Numbered from the stretch's first letter, positions 1 to 13,205 are shown. The stretch is DNA of 64,000 nucleotides from Camelus dromedarius (GCF_036321535.1 NC_087436.1:107572001-107636000); one strand, 5' to 3'. Numbers and translations are program-made. The notes: a model not told the origin generated them from the letters alone.

Positions 1-160
1 TGGCTTCACTGGGATGACGTGTACCGTGTTCCAGAAAGTGGCAGCTGCTGACCGCACAGGCCTTTCTGACTACGGGAGGCGGGATCTGGATGGAAACCTG
101 GATAAACAACTGAGCTTTAAGTGCAATGTTTCAAATACTTTTTCAAGCCTGGCGTTGAAG
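1..160 (+). CDS. ADGRA3: ADGRA3/GPR125 coding exon (5'-truncated by window edge), GAIN-region ectodomain
   Basis: Frame from base 2 reads GFTGMTCTVFQKVAAADRTGLSDYGRRDLDGNLDKQLSFKCNVSNTFSSLALK, matching recalled ADGRA3 sequence. Donor AAG|gtatgt at 160/161, phase 0, joins NTIVE of the next exon. Confidence 0.95.
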
Positions 161-209
161 GTATGTTGCATTCTGTAATCATTTAAGACTTTACAGTTAG
201 ATTAGAACA

Positions 210-566
210 CAGCCTCGGCCCTCTGTATTTGCAGGTTCCACATCTGTCGATTCAGCCAACCATGGCTGAAAGATACTCAGTTAAAAAAAAAAAATTCTAG
301 AAAGTTCCAAAAAGCAAAACGTAATTTGCTTCACGCTGCCAACTATTTACATAGGATTTGCATCGTCTTTACAACAGTTTACATAGAATTTACCTTGTAT
401 TAGGTATTGTAAATAACCTAGAGGTGACTGAAAATGAATGTACAGGAGCATGTGCCTAGGTTTTATGCAAAAACTACACCATGTTACGTAGGAGACTTGA
501 ACATCCACAGATTTTGGTATCCAAGGGGGTCCTGGAATCAGTCCTCTGTGGGTAGGGGGATGACTG
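210..566 (-). mobile_element. MER2/Tigger-type (TcMar-Tigger) non-autonomous DNA transposon
   Basis: Ends cagcctcggccctctgtat... and ...ggggatgactg|ta are degenerate terminal inverted repeats with a TA site. Internal acttgaacatccacagattttggtatcc resembles the recalled MER2 consensus. Confidence 0.75.
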
Positions 567-3500
567 TATTCAAAATATTTTGTTTTGCAAAAATAAACGT
601 TATGAAAAGTTATTAGGGGGGTGGTATTGGTATTGCCTTCGCTGTTGTTTGAAAGAAATTCAGACCAGAAAGGGATGCATCATGACTTTCCTGAGCCTAG
701 GAATTTTTTGCTCTGGACCCCTTTCTCCACACAAATACATCAAAGTTATATCTTATGACTGCAGTGGTAAAAAAGATGAATATTACATGTTAAGACATGT
801 TCTTTGACTTTAAAGTTAATTTTTTATGTTGCTGATTTTAAAGACATGAAAACATTTTTGTAGACCTCCTGTAAGTCTTCTGTGCCCTTGGCTCTGGGCC
901 TAATGGGACAGTCCAGACATTTAACCAGGCAAGCTGTATATGAAGATTTGGGGCACAGAAGTGCAAACATGTGATGTGTGTTCACCAGTTTGTGTTTTGT
1001 GGCGGCAAGCAAAATTAAAGGCACTTTTAAAATTTGGGGTTTAGATGCATTTCATTAAACTACATCGAAGCAAATGTTAAAAGTACAATTTCAGCACCCT
1101 GATGGAACCACGTTTTATCATTTCACTTTGTGTGGCCATGTGTAACTGTGTTCTCTGTGGTTTTTCATTTCACAGTACTTTCTTTGTTTCTGGGTTGTCC
1201 CTGAATTACATCACCAACAGTATTCCAGTCATTTTAATGGCCGCATAGTAATCAGTCAAATAGGTGTTAGGTGTGCTGGAACACTGTGGACGCTCAGTAA
1301 GTAATGAATGAGTGAACGAATACATGAAGAATTCATGTATTTTGTCATACTTGACCCTAGTGACTTCTCCATACTTGATCCTACTGACCTCCAAACCAGT
1401 TTGCCAAATTTAGAAATCGTCCAACTTCCCCCACTGCCCAAGATAATCCCAGCTGTGTCAAAATGTCTAATGATAATATATTTACTAGATACCATATATT
1501 CAGAGGAACGCTGGAAAGATTTATCTATTACTCTTGGCTCTATGAGAGTATTTGATGCACTTAGCAATGCTACTTACTCCTTAATGCCTGCTCCTTTCCT
1601 CAGCAAGTTTTTTATTGGTAAAACCATACCACAGAAGGCATCAAAACAGCATCACACACAAGCCCATGAGAGAGGGAGGTGCGTGTCTTTGAGGAGCACT
1701 TAAAATTGATGAACGCTTCTGTCTTCGATGATCATAGTTGGTAGAAAGGGATTAAAAATGATGAAACCCAACATTTCATCAATTTCACAACCTACCCCCT
1801 CAGGGTAAGGAGAGTTTCTACCTGCTAAATAAAGTAGGAAGCTTTAAAGGAGCGCTCCCAGATTTGTCAGTTTCATACTATTCTATCATTTTAAGGTCAT
1901 CTCGTGGCCAGAAACCAAGGACACATCACACCATTATTCATGCTTCATAGATGGACATGCTTAAAACCTAGGGGAAAAGGAGCATCTCCTTTGTGGCACA
2001 GAAGTAGTTAAAATTTTTGATGTTGTCAGTGCAAAATGCATTAGCATTTTAACAGAAAATTTTCTTTACCTTCTAGATTTTAAACTGGCAATTTTTACTC
2101 TTTTTGCCTCTACTTTTAAAAAAAATGCCTTGAATATACCAATTGGACATCTTGAACGTCTCATAATTGATTGCATTTCCCTTGGATGGGAGAATATGCT
2201 AGCATATGAAGTTAAACCCCTAAAAAGGCAGTTCTCAGCAGTAGGAGCCTTACCTGAGCTGCTTTCTGCACAATTTCTTGAGTCTCGGTTGTTCTGTCTT
2301 TATGACTATCACAGCCGGATTGGACCTCCATTTTTATTGCTCAAATCTTTGGAGCTCCTATATATAGTCTCTCTGTCTCCAGGCTCTTCTTAAAAATCCA
2401 TCCTTTCCCATACGGATTGGTTTGCCCAGGGCTCGCATTCAGCCAACACGCAGCAGTGCAACCATGCCAGTTAGTAAAATGCTGAAGTGCTTCCTTAGCG
2501 CTTAGTGAATAGTTGCTGCCCCTGTCCCCTGAGTGCCTCCTCAGCTGACCTCCTGGGCCTTCTCCTAGGATCATCCCCCAGCTCTCCACCCTTCAGCAGA
2601 AGGGCTGGTACCTGCAGAGCAGAGGACCTGCCGGAGCCTTTCGTCTGGGGAGGCTGTTCAGATTGTGAACGTTATCCGTGGATCTACCCAACGTGGACAC
2701 TGACATTGCCCATCCGGTGGTAGATGCTTGGTGTCTGGAGGCTGGCTGTCAGTGACCTTCATCATGTGGTGGTTACCGTTTACCTGCCCTCTCCCCACTG
2801 CCGCCCTCTAGTAACAAAACTTCCCTTGGTGTCTCTTTCGACCACTGGCCTTGTTAGGCCAGGCTCATGCTAATTCTTCTCCTGGAATCCCTGCTCCTCC
2901 CCTTCCCTCCCCTCCCCTCCCCAGCTCCTTGGTTTGATGATAACACCCAGCAGAAAGGTCACCTCCAGGAATCTTACCTGATACCACCGGTCAGTCCTTG
3001 CCTCTCCCATCCTCATCGTCAGTTCTCTCCCTCACTTTCCCGTAACCCTCTGCTCATCTGCCTGTCCTTGAGTGTTACACACAGGAGCCAGAGGGTTGTC
3101 TTAGAACTCCTGCGCTGGGCTGAGGGTTGCCTGAGGTCAGAGCTGGTGCTTGAGTCACCGGTGAGTTCCAGTGCCTGGCCAGTTGGGGTTGAATCATCCG
3201 TCATCTGACTCTTACAGCACCTAGTCTAATTTTTTTCTTAACCAATGCTTCCTTCCACTCTTGGTACCGTAATTCAGATTTGATAGCATCACAAAATATT
3301 ACCTATTTTCAATTAACTACTGAGAGCTTTTAGCAGCTCTTGGTGTTCTGAATTCAGCTGTTAACGTGGCCAGAGAGAATTGGTTTTTTAAAATTTTCTT
3401 GACTGGAATTTGAAATCCGGTTTCCTCTATACATCCTGCATTTCTCTCATCCCATCTAGGGCTTTGCCCAATGGAAGTCTTTTTATTTTCCAGGCCAGCT

Positions 3501-3714
3501 GTGTGCATCTTTACGCTTCCTGCCTTCACTTCTGCCCTTTTCTGTGCCCTCAGCCTCACCCGTGCTTGGTGAGATCCCTGCTTCTCTTCTAAGACTGCGT
3601 TCAGCTGACAGCTTCCTTCTCTTCCTCAGACAGAATTCATCATTGCCTATTAGTCCCATAGGGCTGTGTTCATTTTCCAGAATAATTAGAAGCTGATATG
3701 CTGGTGAGTTGAGC

Positions 3715-3960
3715 TATAGTTAAGAGGCCAGAGGCTGTGGTTACTAAGAATGTGTTCATGTTCTGCTCCCCAACTTAAAAGCTGTGCAAACTTGAGCTAG
3801 TTCCTTAACCTCTCGGAATGTGTCAGTCCTTTCCATTATAGAGGAGTCATGAAATGGTATTAAACTCAAAGGGTCATTGAGAGGGTTTAATGTGACACAT
3901 TACATTTACAACAGTGTCTGCTACAGAGTAAGCACTTAATGCATTTTATCTCTTATTGTT
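3715..3960 (+). mobile_element. MIR SINE (representative; further MIR-like copies near 11515-11705, 16960-17100, 24130-24510, 26100-26540, 27300-27490, 47040-47240, 48620-48860, 53020-53360, 55860-56050, 58390-58640)
   Basis: MIR core motifs gctgtgcaaacttgagctagttccttaacctctc...acagtgtctgctacagagtaagcacttaa; boundaries approximate. Confidence 0.6.
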
Positions 3961-4756
3961 GTTTTACTATTGTTGTCTCTCCCTTATTAGATTTTGAATG
4001 TTTGAAGGCAGGGACCATGTCTTATTTCATTGTATATTTCCAGATTCTACACAGTGCCATGCATAGAGCAGTGAAACATCCAATAAATGCTGTTGAGTAA
4101 GCCAAACTTAATTAGCAAAGAAAGTTAAAAAAAATTCTAAAAGCAAACATAATCCCTGTTAAGTTCAGCAGCGAGATAATCAAGAGATGGTATGTAGTTA
4201 ATAATTAATTATACACAAGAAAATAACTGGGATGTATCATAACATCAGTCTGTTTAAAAATCAAGTGAGTAGATAGCCAAGAAAGCATGAAAAAAATTAC
4301 TGTTTTAAATTAGGTGGCTCTTTTAGTGATTTAGTGACAGGTTCTGATTTTAGTGTTTGAATTCTATAGACTTCAAATTAGGATTTCAGAAAATTTTGAA
4401 GTATTAATTACGTAGTGTCAGAAGTCCAGATTGTTCCATAAGAAATGGTGTTAACTCAAGTATTTCCACTGGATTTTAACATCCCTTATGGTACTTAACC
4501 ATTTTCTCCTTAGTTTTATGTCAAGTAAATACGGAAATATATATATGAATTTAGCAAATAAATTTATGAATTCCACGATGACATTAATTTCACATGTTTA
4601 TAATTTGTCAGTATTTAGAATCGAGGTTAAAACTAAAGCTGAACTGTAGAAGTCAAAACATGGTGAGGTTCTACATGAAGGCTGGTCAGTCAGTCAGTTT
4701 AGGCAGTTTCCTCTCTGCCCAGCCTCCAGGTAACCACCTGCCGCACCGCAGCGATG

Positions 4757-5060
4757 CAGGCCGACCTCGGAGATGCTGCGGGTTCTGTTCCACATAACCA
4801 CAATAAAGCAAGTGTTGTAATAAGTGAGTCACTGAGTTTTCGGTTTCCCAGTGCATATAGAAGTCACATTTACACTACACTGTAATCTGGTAACTGTGAG
4901 ATAGCATTGTGCCTAGAAAACAATGTGCACTCCTTAAATAAAACACACTTTATTGCTAAAAAGTGCTAGCCATGTAGAGTTGCCACAAACCTTCAGTTTG
5001 TTAAAACCAAAACCTAAAGAAGCAGTTATCTGTGAAGTGCAGTAACATGGGGTCTCCCTG
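4757..5060 (-). mobile_element. Internally deleted Tigger1-derived element retaining both ends
   Basis: caggccgacctcggagatgctgcgggttctgttcca...caataaagc resembles one Tigger1 terminus and gttgccacaaaccttcagtttg...atctgtgaagtgc...ccctg the other. Confidence 0.75.
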
Positions 5061-7935
5061 AAATAGTAATAAAAATGCCACCCACAGTTCCATAGCCTTA
5101 TTGTGCTTGTCTTAGTCTTGATCCCATTTGGTCCTCAGACCATTTGTTAGGAAGATCGTTAGATGCACGTGACGGGGTGGACTCAGGGGGTAGACAAAGT
5201 CGCACAGGGTGAAGCAGCTACTCCATGGTGACGCGGGAACCCAAATCCTGATTCCTGGTTTCAGACCCCACGTTCCTTCCCCCCGTGGGTGACATACGAT
5301 CTTCAGTAATACATACGAGACACCAGAAACAAGTATTTCCCGAAGGGTTTTAAGAGAGACTTTTCTAATTTATTAACTATGATTCATATGTCTATACCTA
5401 TTTCTGTTGCTGTAATCCATACATTTAAAAATAAATACATGGTTAAGTGAAATTATAACCTCTGTGTTCTTGCCTTCAGGCCAAGTGGCAAAAAATATAG
5501 ACACAATGAATGAAACAAATATGTTCCTTGGTGATTTTTTTGTTGTTGTTAGATTCATAACCTTTCTCTAATGAATGATCAGCACTTCTTTTAAAGAGAT
5601 TAAATATGCATATGTTACATTTTTACTATAAAAATTAAATTATTGATACAGGTGAGGTTGGCTTTTCCAGCACCCCTAGGCCACCGTAGGAGACCTGTGA
5701 TTATTATTTAGTAATTTTCTTTATCAGACTTTGGAGGATAGTTTAGAAGTCATGAGTATGTAACAGCCTTGAACACATAGCTCTCATCTCTCAGCAATTT
5801 GTCCATAAACCCGAGTTTTCTTATTTGTTGTTGGGATGGTTTTACAAGTTTAAATTTGTGTAGAGAAAATTTTGAACTTGTAGAAATTAATAGTTGTCAC
5901 TTCCTTTTCAGCTCTCTTTTAGAAAGTATAGTTTGACTCCTTTTTTAAAAAATGAATTCAGTTTGTTATAAGTGATATTTTCTCAGAGAATTATGCTTTA
6001 TTTTTAAGTTATTTTGTGTTCACAACAACATTATTTTATGAATTTTTAAAATACTTAAGTTTTTATAAATGTCCAGTATGTAATATTTCATCAGGATTTT
6101 GACCTTCTAGTTAATCGATCTATTGATGTCTTTCCTGTGTTGCATGCATCCTTATATACTTAGGAGAAATTTATATACTTAATAGAAATTTACTGTATTA
6201 GTGAAAGAATTTCTAATAAATTTTGTTTTCCTATCAGGTTATATTTACAAGAATAATAGGGACCTTTTTATGTGTTTTTTTAGGTGGAATAGTTCTACTG
6301 AATATTTTCCTGGCATCTTCAATTTGAAAGTAATATTCAAGCTGTCAATATTCAAACTTCCAAAATACTGTCAACAGATACTCATAGCTATCGCTGTGTT
6401 ACAACACTGTTCTAAGCACAGCAGTTAAAGACAAATTCTAAAGTCAATCATTTGCTTCAATAGAACCTTAAAAAAATACTACACAGATTTTCATTAATTT
6501 CATAAGTAATGGGATACTTTTATCAAATACTAGTGCCAGGAACTGTTATTAACTTAGGAGGTCCAAAAAGAAATGAGATTAGCTGTCCTGAGAAATTCCC
6601 CTACTCTAGTTAGTGGAACAGGCAGTGAATTACATGGTGATGCTGCAGAGATCCGTCATGACAGAGCCACGTGCAGAGTGCAGCGTGAATCCAGAAGAGG
6701 GACCACCTACCTGTAAAAGTAGTATCCCCAGGGGTCATGTAATTAGTCATCCCTCAAAAGCCCTGTGCACAGGACTCTGCAAAGTCCTCAGCTGCCAACC
6801 TTCCTCATCCCGACCAATCATTTGCATTGCCAGCGTAATTAACTTACGAAAAATCAAATCTGACCAGTTTAAGAGTTTACCAGACATAAGAAGAGTGGAT
6901 TGTTTCATCTGGAGATAACTGGCATGTGCATGGTGACATTAAAAAAAAAAGAGATCTCAAAAAGTTGTAAACTCAGTGTGGTCAGGTTATAGGTTGTGAT
7001 GTACAGAGTGTTAGAAAGTGAATTTGAAACAGATTTTTGCCAAATTATATGGCATACTTAGGATTTTTTTGACTTGACATTTAGAAACCAAGGTGTTATT
7101 TGAATTGAAATAACATCAGATTTTTTTAAGAAATGCTGTCAGCATCATGAACATCAAATTGTGCAGAGGTTGGTGCCAAGAGAGAGGTTTTGTGATAAGT
7201 TCTTAAAAATAGAAATTTTTTTAGATAATCATTTGCCTCCTTGGTGTATCATTTATTTTTTATTGAATGCTGAATAATTTATAATTTAAAAATCCCTACT
7301 AAAGAAATCTGAAGAGCATTCGGTGCCCAGCCTGCATTTTCCATTGTTCCTCTTTGTTACATTTTTCTAAACCTAATGTGTTTCTTAGTCTCAGTTGTCT
7401 GCTAAGAGTTTGCAGAATCTGAACTTTTATTATGTTTGTATAATTTTTTCTGTTGTTTGACAGTAGGAATCCATCATAAATCACCTTAAAGTTTCATAAG
7501 CCCAAATTAATGATACTCACATTTGCGATCTGCTCCCTGTGTGCTCATTTACCGTGTTTTGTCATTGTAAAATTCATGTAAAGAGTGACCGCTGACATCC
7601 CTGTTCTGTTTAATGCTACCTGCTTCAGCTCTACATGTTATCAGGGGAAAATTCACTTTACAGTTTGAAACTATCCCTTGTTTATGACTTTAACTCTTTG
7701 AAACAGAGTTTGCATTTCTCTTTACTTTGTACTTCTTTTGTTCTGTGCTGCTACATGATGTTAAGACATTCCCCTTACCTGACACATTGTTGTAACTATT
7801 ACATTTCATATATATGCATTTAAAAAGATGTCTTCAGCATACAGTTAGGAAACATTCCTATCTAAAAACATCTGTGGTTTTTACCTACTAACACAGAGAC
7901 TCTTCCTTGTGTCTGTTCTGTGCATACATTTTCAG

Positions 7936-8149
7936 AACACGATTGTGGAAGCTTCTATTCAGCTGCCGCCTTCCCTCTTCTTACCAAAGCACAAGAGAGA
8001 AGTCAGACCCAGCGATGACTCCCTCTGTAAGCTTCAGCTCATCGCTTTCCGCAACGGGAAGCTTTTCCCGGCCACCGGGAACTCGACGAAGTTGGCTGAT
8101 GATGGGAAACGGCGCACAGTGGTTACCCCCGTGATCCTCACCAAAATAG
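7936..8149 (+). CDS. ADGRA3: ADGRA3 coding exon (GAIN domain)
   Basis: Acceptor attttcag|AAC; encodes NTIVEASIQLPPSLF...RRTVVTPVILTKI; donor ATAG|gtctgt; 214 nt, phase 0 to 1. Confidence 0.96.
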
Positions 8150-8357
8150 GTCTGTACGTGGCATATGTCATCCCGCCGCCGCTGGACAGTACGACTTTAT
8201 AAGTCACTGTTCCTAAAAATGCTTATTTTTGTTCCTTCTCGTTTTAACGAGTCAGTGGTGAGGAAGATATTCTCAGAGTACTCATTAGTGTCGACGTTGA
8301 CATTTAATTGTTTCTGAAGTTTGTTTCAGAAATATTTTTATCTCCCATCTTCTCCAG

Positions 8358-8566
8358 ATGGTGTGAACGTCGATACCCACCACATCCCTGTTAATGTGAC
8401 GCTACGTCGAATTGCGCACGGAGCAGATGCTGTGGCCGCCCAGTGGGACTTCGATTTGCTGAACGGACAAGGAGGCTGGAAGTCAGATGGGTGCCATATA
8501 CTCTATTCGGATGAAAATATCACTACCATGCAGTGCTACTCCCTCAGTAACTACGCGGTTTTGATG
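8358..8566 (+). CDS. ADGRA3: ADGRA3 coding exon with GPS motif and start of tethered (Stachel) peptide
   Basis: Acceptor cttctccag|AT; encodes (D)GVNVDTHHIPVNVTLRR...WDFDLLNGQGGWKSDGCHILYSDENITTMQCYSLSNYAVLM with the GPS W/C pattern; donor ATG|gtatgg; 209 nt, phase 1 to 0. Confidence 0.97.
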
Positions 8567-10330
8567 GTATGGCCGTTGTTAAATTTATGCATAAACACTA
8601 AGTATTTTAATTTTTTCCCTATGCATAGTTAAGCTCAAATGAAGATTAAAAAAAAACTTTTAACATAAATTGCTCCCTTTAATTAAGTAGGAGGTGACAT
8701 TTGGTGTAATTCTGAGTTTAAAGGGAAATTGAGTTATTACAAAGTGAATGTATGGGATTCAATTTGGTATAGGAATTTCCAGTAAACTTTATAAGTGAAT
8801 CAGTTCAACTAAACCTTGACCTTAAAATCTGGGGACATCTTGGGAGTATATACAGTCCAACTCTCAACCGAGGAAGAGTGACTCATTTGTCCAAATATAC
8901 AGGATGAATAGTGAGAGATTTTCCTTCTTTGTCATATAATGCCTTTTCCCACTACATGTCATAATTTTTAGACTCCTTATTTGAATTTAGAGTAATGGAG
9001 ATAATTTCAGTCTAGTCGCTGCAAGCAATGGTATTGCGCAAATGTCTTTTTCAGCTTTAATGCTAATCAAGTGAATGTTTTTCGTTATTTACTATTGTTC
9101 ATGTCTATTAATCTTTGGTAAAATAACTAGTTATTAATGTATAGGAACAGAATTTTTTAATTAGTGATTTTAAGTGAATCTTATTGCTGAGTTGATAATT
9201 ATGAAATTAACCGTGCTAGTTTTTATTTCATATTGTGGTTATTATAAGACACTTACATTCCAGAGTATGTATGTGTGCATTTGGAGTATAGTGGAAGGAA
9301 TTACTGATGGATAGGAAAGACACTTCCCAGAAACGGCTTGAGGCTAGCCCAGGAGTGAGGACGCCTACGTTTTTATTTCTGCCTCCGGCTCTGAGTATGC
9401 TACCTAGACAATATTTTATCAAAGAACCAAATAATCTTGAGACATGATATATTTTACTTTAAGTGAATTATTCTTTTCTTAAAAAGACAAAAGAGCATTT
9501 GTCACTAGATGATCTTGAAGCAGGCGTGAATTAGAATAGATTTTTCTCTACCCTGTGTTTTGGTTTTCTCTTTGCCCCCCCAACCTGGGATACCTTCCCT
9601 GGCTGCACCCGACGGGGGGAGTAAGTAGATGGTCTGGCAGGGCGGAAGGATTGCTGTGTGTCAGTCGGCCCGGGCTGACAGTGGGCGGATCTGCGCTAGT
9701 TGAGATTCTGCTGTTGGTGTAAGTCGTTTAGCCTTTTGGATCGTTTACCATTCTCTTCACAAATAGATGTTTGATTTCTGTAGGTCTGAGTATGGTTTCT
9801 GTAAGTTCACATTTTACTGTTTTGTACTCACCTTTCAAAGAAAGCCTGAAGCGGTAATTAAAATATGAAGCCTTTCCTGTTTCAGTTTGGAAGTGCTTTC
9901 TCATTCGGGTTTTGATTATAAAATAACATGTAACGATGAAGTACTGAGGGAGAAATAAAAGAGATGCAGCATTATCTGAAATTTTTATAATAGTTAACTA
10001 GAAAAAGTTGGGCAAGAGAAATGAAATAGAAACACACAAAAAAGGCATTTTATAAGCTTCACTGTTAAGGACATGATATTGCACCAGGTGAAACTTTTAT
10101 TTTTATTTAATTTAATACCAGTTTAAACAACTATTTCCGAACTTCCTAGCTGTTCTTCCCCAAAATTTAAATTAGTATAATCCTTTTCTTGAAGGAATAA
10201 GCTATTCTTTTATCTTTCATACTTCTAATCTTTTTAAAAATGTAATACACAATTCTTTAAAGCTAAAATACAGCACCAAGTTTTTTTCTATTTTCAAAGA
10301 TTATCCTTTCACTTTTCTTAAATATAACTG

Positions 10331-10343
10331 TGCCACCTAGAGG
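10331..10343 (-). promoter_or_regulatory. Candidate CTCF binding site
   Basis: Reverse complement CCTCTAGGTGGCA, one mismatch to the CTCF core, inside otherwise AT-rich intron. Motif match only. Confidence 0.35.
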
Positions 10344-12844
10344 CAGCAAGGTGACATGTGTCTGAAATTGTTGACAAAATTACAATAAGGTTAATATGTG
10401 GAATTTTTAGGGTTGCTAGTGAAGCAAGATGACAAAGTTAATGAAATCATACTTACCCTTAAATAAAGTCATGTCTAAGATAGAAGAAATTTAAAAAATC
10501 GAAAGTCAACATCTTTTTTTCCCCTTACCTGGCACTATTTTGAATAATAGAGAAAAATCCTATTGTTCTTGAAAACTGCCTTAAGATAGGCAGGAATTTA
10601 TAGCAAGTATAAGTTCCTACTTTGGCAGCTAGCCCATAGAACTTTTTCTGCTCTGGTTTTAAAGAATTTTGTATTTAAAAAATAATACTAGAAAGATTAT
10701 ATTTGTAAATCTTGAATTGATTCCATAGTTTGGCTCAGTAAACATCCTGCTATAACCATTTATATTCTGAGTTCTCCATGGGACCCAGAAAAAAAGTGAA
10801 GCAGACAGTGGTTTTGTTTGAATTGTGTGATCAGAAATAGCCAATTGGGGCAGAGGGCTTCCTAGGAGCTGGGGTTAGTAGGAAACAAAAAACTGAATAG
10901 CAAGTAGGTAATGAGTAGGGCCAAACTATTTACGATAGCACTTACTACTTTAATTGATAATCGTGGTGAAGATAAAATACCTTGATTCCCCTTTTGTTAC
11001 TGTATCCACTTAGAAATACATGAAACCGGAGCACACGTTTGTTTTTACATCTCTAGAATTGCTTTTGAATTTTGTTTATATGAAACATGCTGAATGAAGG
11101 CAAACTTTGGTTTCATATACATTATAATTGAACATGAATGCTAGCAATATTTTTATTTATAAAATTCTTAAGTAAGTACTACAGTCTCATGGGTCTAATG
11201 TTTCCATTATTTCTGACACTAGAATACAGTGGAAAACTTGAACTCCCACCACTCCATCCTATCAATCATGCTTCACAAAATAGGTAACCACTAATATTAG
11301 TTTCTCATGTATTATTGAAGAGACTTTCATGTATGTTACAACAGAATGAATAAATGGTTCCCTTTTCTTCCATTTTTACACAAAGGCTACATGCTACAAA
11401 CATTGTTCTAAACCATGCTTTTTTCCATGGAGTGATATATCTTCTGCTGATGACATATAAATTATGCTCATCAACATAAGGTGATATTCTTAGGATGGTA
11501 TGATGGTGGTGATGGTGGTGGCTCTGAAGTCTTGACGTGCGTTAATGCATTTGTTCATCATAACAACCTCATGAAGTACAGTGCTATTATTATAACCCCC
11601 TGTTGACAGATGGAGAAACCAGGGCATAGAGAGCTTAAGCACCATGACCACATTTACAAAGGTAGTTAGTGTTGGAATTGGAATTATTTGAATTTGGACT
11701 CCAGAAATGTCTTCTTAATCTCTCTACTGCTAAATCTCCTTCCTGAAAACTTCTGTATCAATGCCAGAAAGCTTTCTTATTCTTTTTCACCTCTGAATAT
11801 TATTTTATGTCCTCACCATAATTTATTAGGGCATTCTTCTGTTTCATTTCCAGTAGTTTGTACAAAATTATTTTGCACATTTAATGGAAAATCTGCAGGA
11901 TAACTTCTCTGAAGTAGAATTGATGATCTGAGGGGGACCGGCGCTTTTCCCCTTTTTCATTAAATTGAGCTATTGAGTGATGTGCACAGATCATAAGTAT
12001 ATATAGCTATGAATACACATATTTAGCTGCCTTTAAGATCAATATTTTTACTTGAGCACTCAGAAGCTCTGGTATGTTTCTTTCTAGTTAATTCCCACCA
12101 TTGTCCCAAGAGATACCCTTTGATGTCTATCACCATAAAAAGTTTTGTCTGCTCTTTAATTCTATATAGTTGGAATTGTGTAGCATGCACTATTTTGTGT
12201 CGGATTTCTTTCCTGTCACTGCATCTGTGAAATTTATCTTTGTTTTTGCGTGTAGTAGCAGTTTATTCTTTTTTATTGCTGCATAGTAGTCCATTGTGCA
12301 AATATATCAAAATTTGTTCATTCTACTGTTGATGGGTATTTGGGTTGTTGGAAGGTTCTGGATATGAAGAAAAAGCTACAATGAATACTCATGCACATGT
12401 GTTTTGATGGACATGTGTGTTCAGGAGTGGAACTGCTGGGTTGTAGGCATCTGTGTGTTTTGGTAGATAATGCAATACAGTTGACCAGAGTGGTTTTTTT
12501 TGTTTTTTGTTTTTTGTTTTTTTTTTTTTTTGATTTATAGCCTCACCAGTAATGAGTTTTCATTGCTCCACTTCCTTGCTGATGCTTGGTATTGTCAGTC
12601 TTAAATTTTGGTCTTCCTGTGGCTATACTCTGACGTATCATTGTGGCTTTGATTTGCCTTCCTTTCATTTCCTTTTTGGCACTTTGGGTGTGCCCTTTGG
12701 TGAAGTTACTGCTCAAATCTTGCCTGTTTTGTATTTGGTTGTCCATTGTTTTCTCATTGATTTATGGGAATTCTAGATAAGAGTTCTGAATAGGAGCTCT
12801 CTGTTGGATTTATGTTTTGCAAATATCTTCTCCCAATTCATGCC

Positions 12845-13205
12845 TGTTTTAATCAGTTCAAGCTGCTGTAACAGAATGCCACAGACTAAATGGTTTACAA
12901 ACAGGCCTTTATTTCTCACAGTTTTGGAGGCTGGGAAGTCCACGATCGAGGTGCTGGCAGCCCTGGTGTCCAGTGAGGAGCAGTTTCCTGCTTCATAGGT
13001 GCTGCCTTCTCTCTGTGCCCTCTCCTGATGGAAGGGTCAGGGCAGCTCTGTGGTGTCTCTTTTATAAAAGGACACTAATCCTGTTCACAAAGACTCCACC
13101 CTCAGAACCTAATCACCTCTCAAAGATATCGCCTCCAAATATTACATTGGAGATTTGATTTCAGGAATTTTGATGAGGGGGGTACAAACATTCAGTCTAA
13201 AGCCA
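12845..13205 (-). mobile_element. MaLR solo LTR (MLT1A-like)
   Basis: tg...gctgctgtaacagaatgccacagact...tttatttctcacagttttggaggctgggaagtcca...acaaacattcagtctaaagcca; standard MLT1A-type motifs. Confidence 0.8.

Noticed and set aside
1308..1703. 131-aa intronic ORF
   Set aside because: No recognisable homology or convincing splice signals, and the ADGRA3 frame joins 160 directly to 7936.
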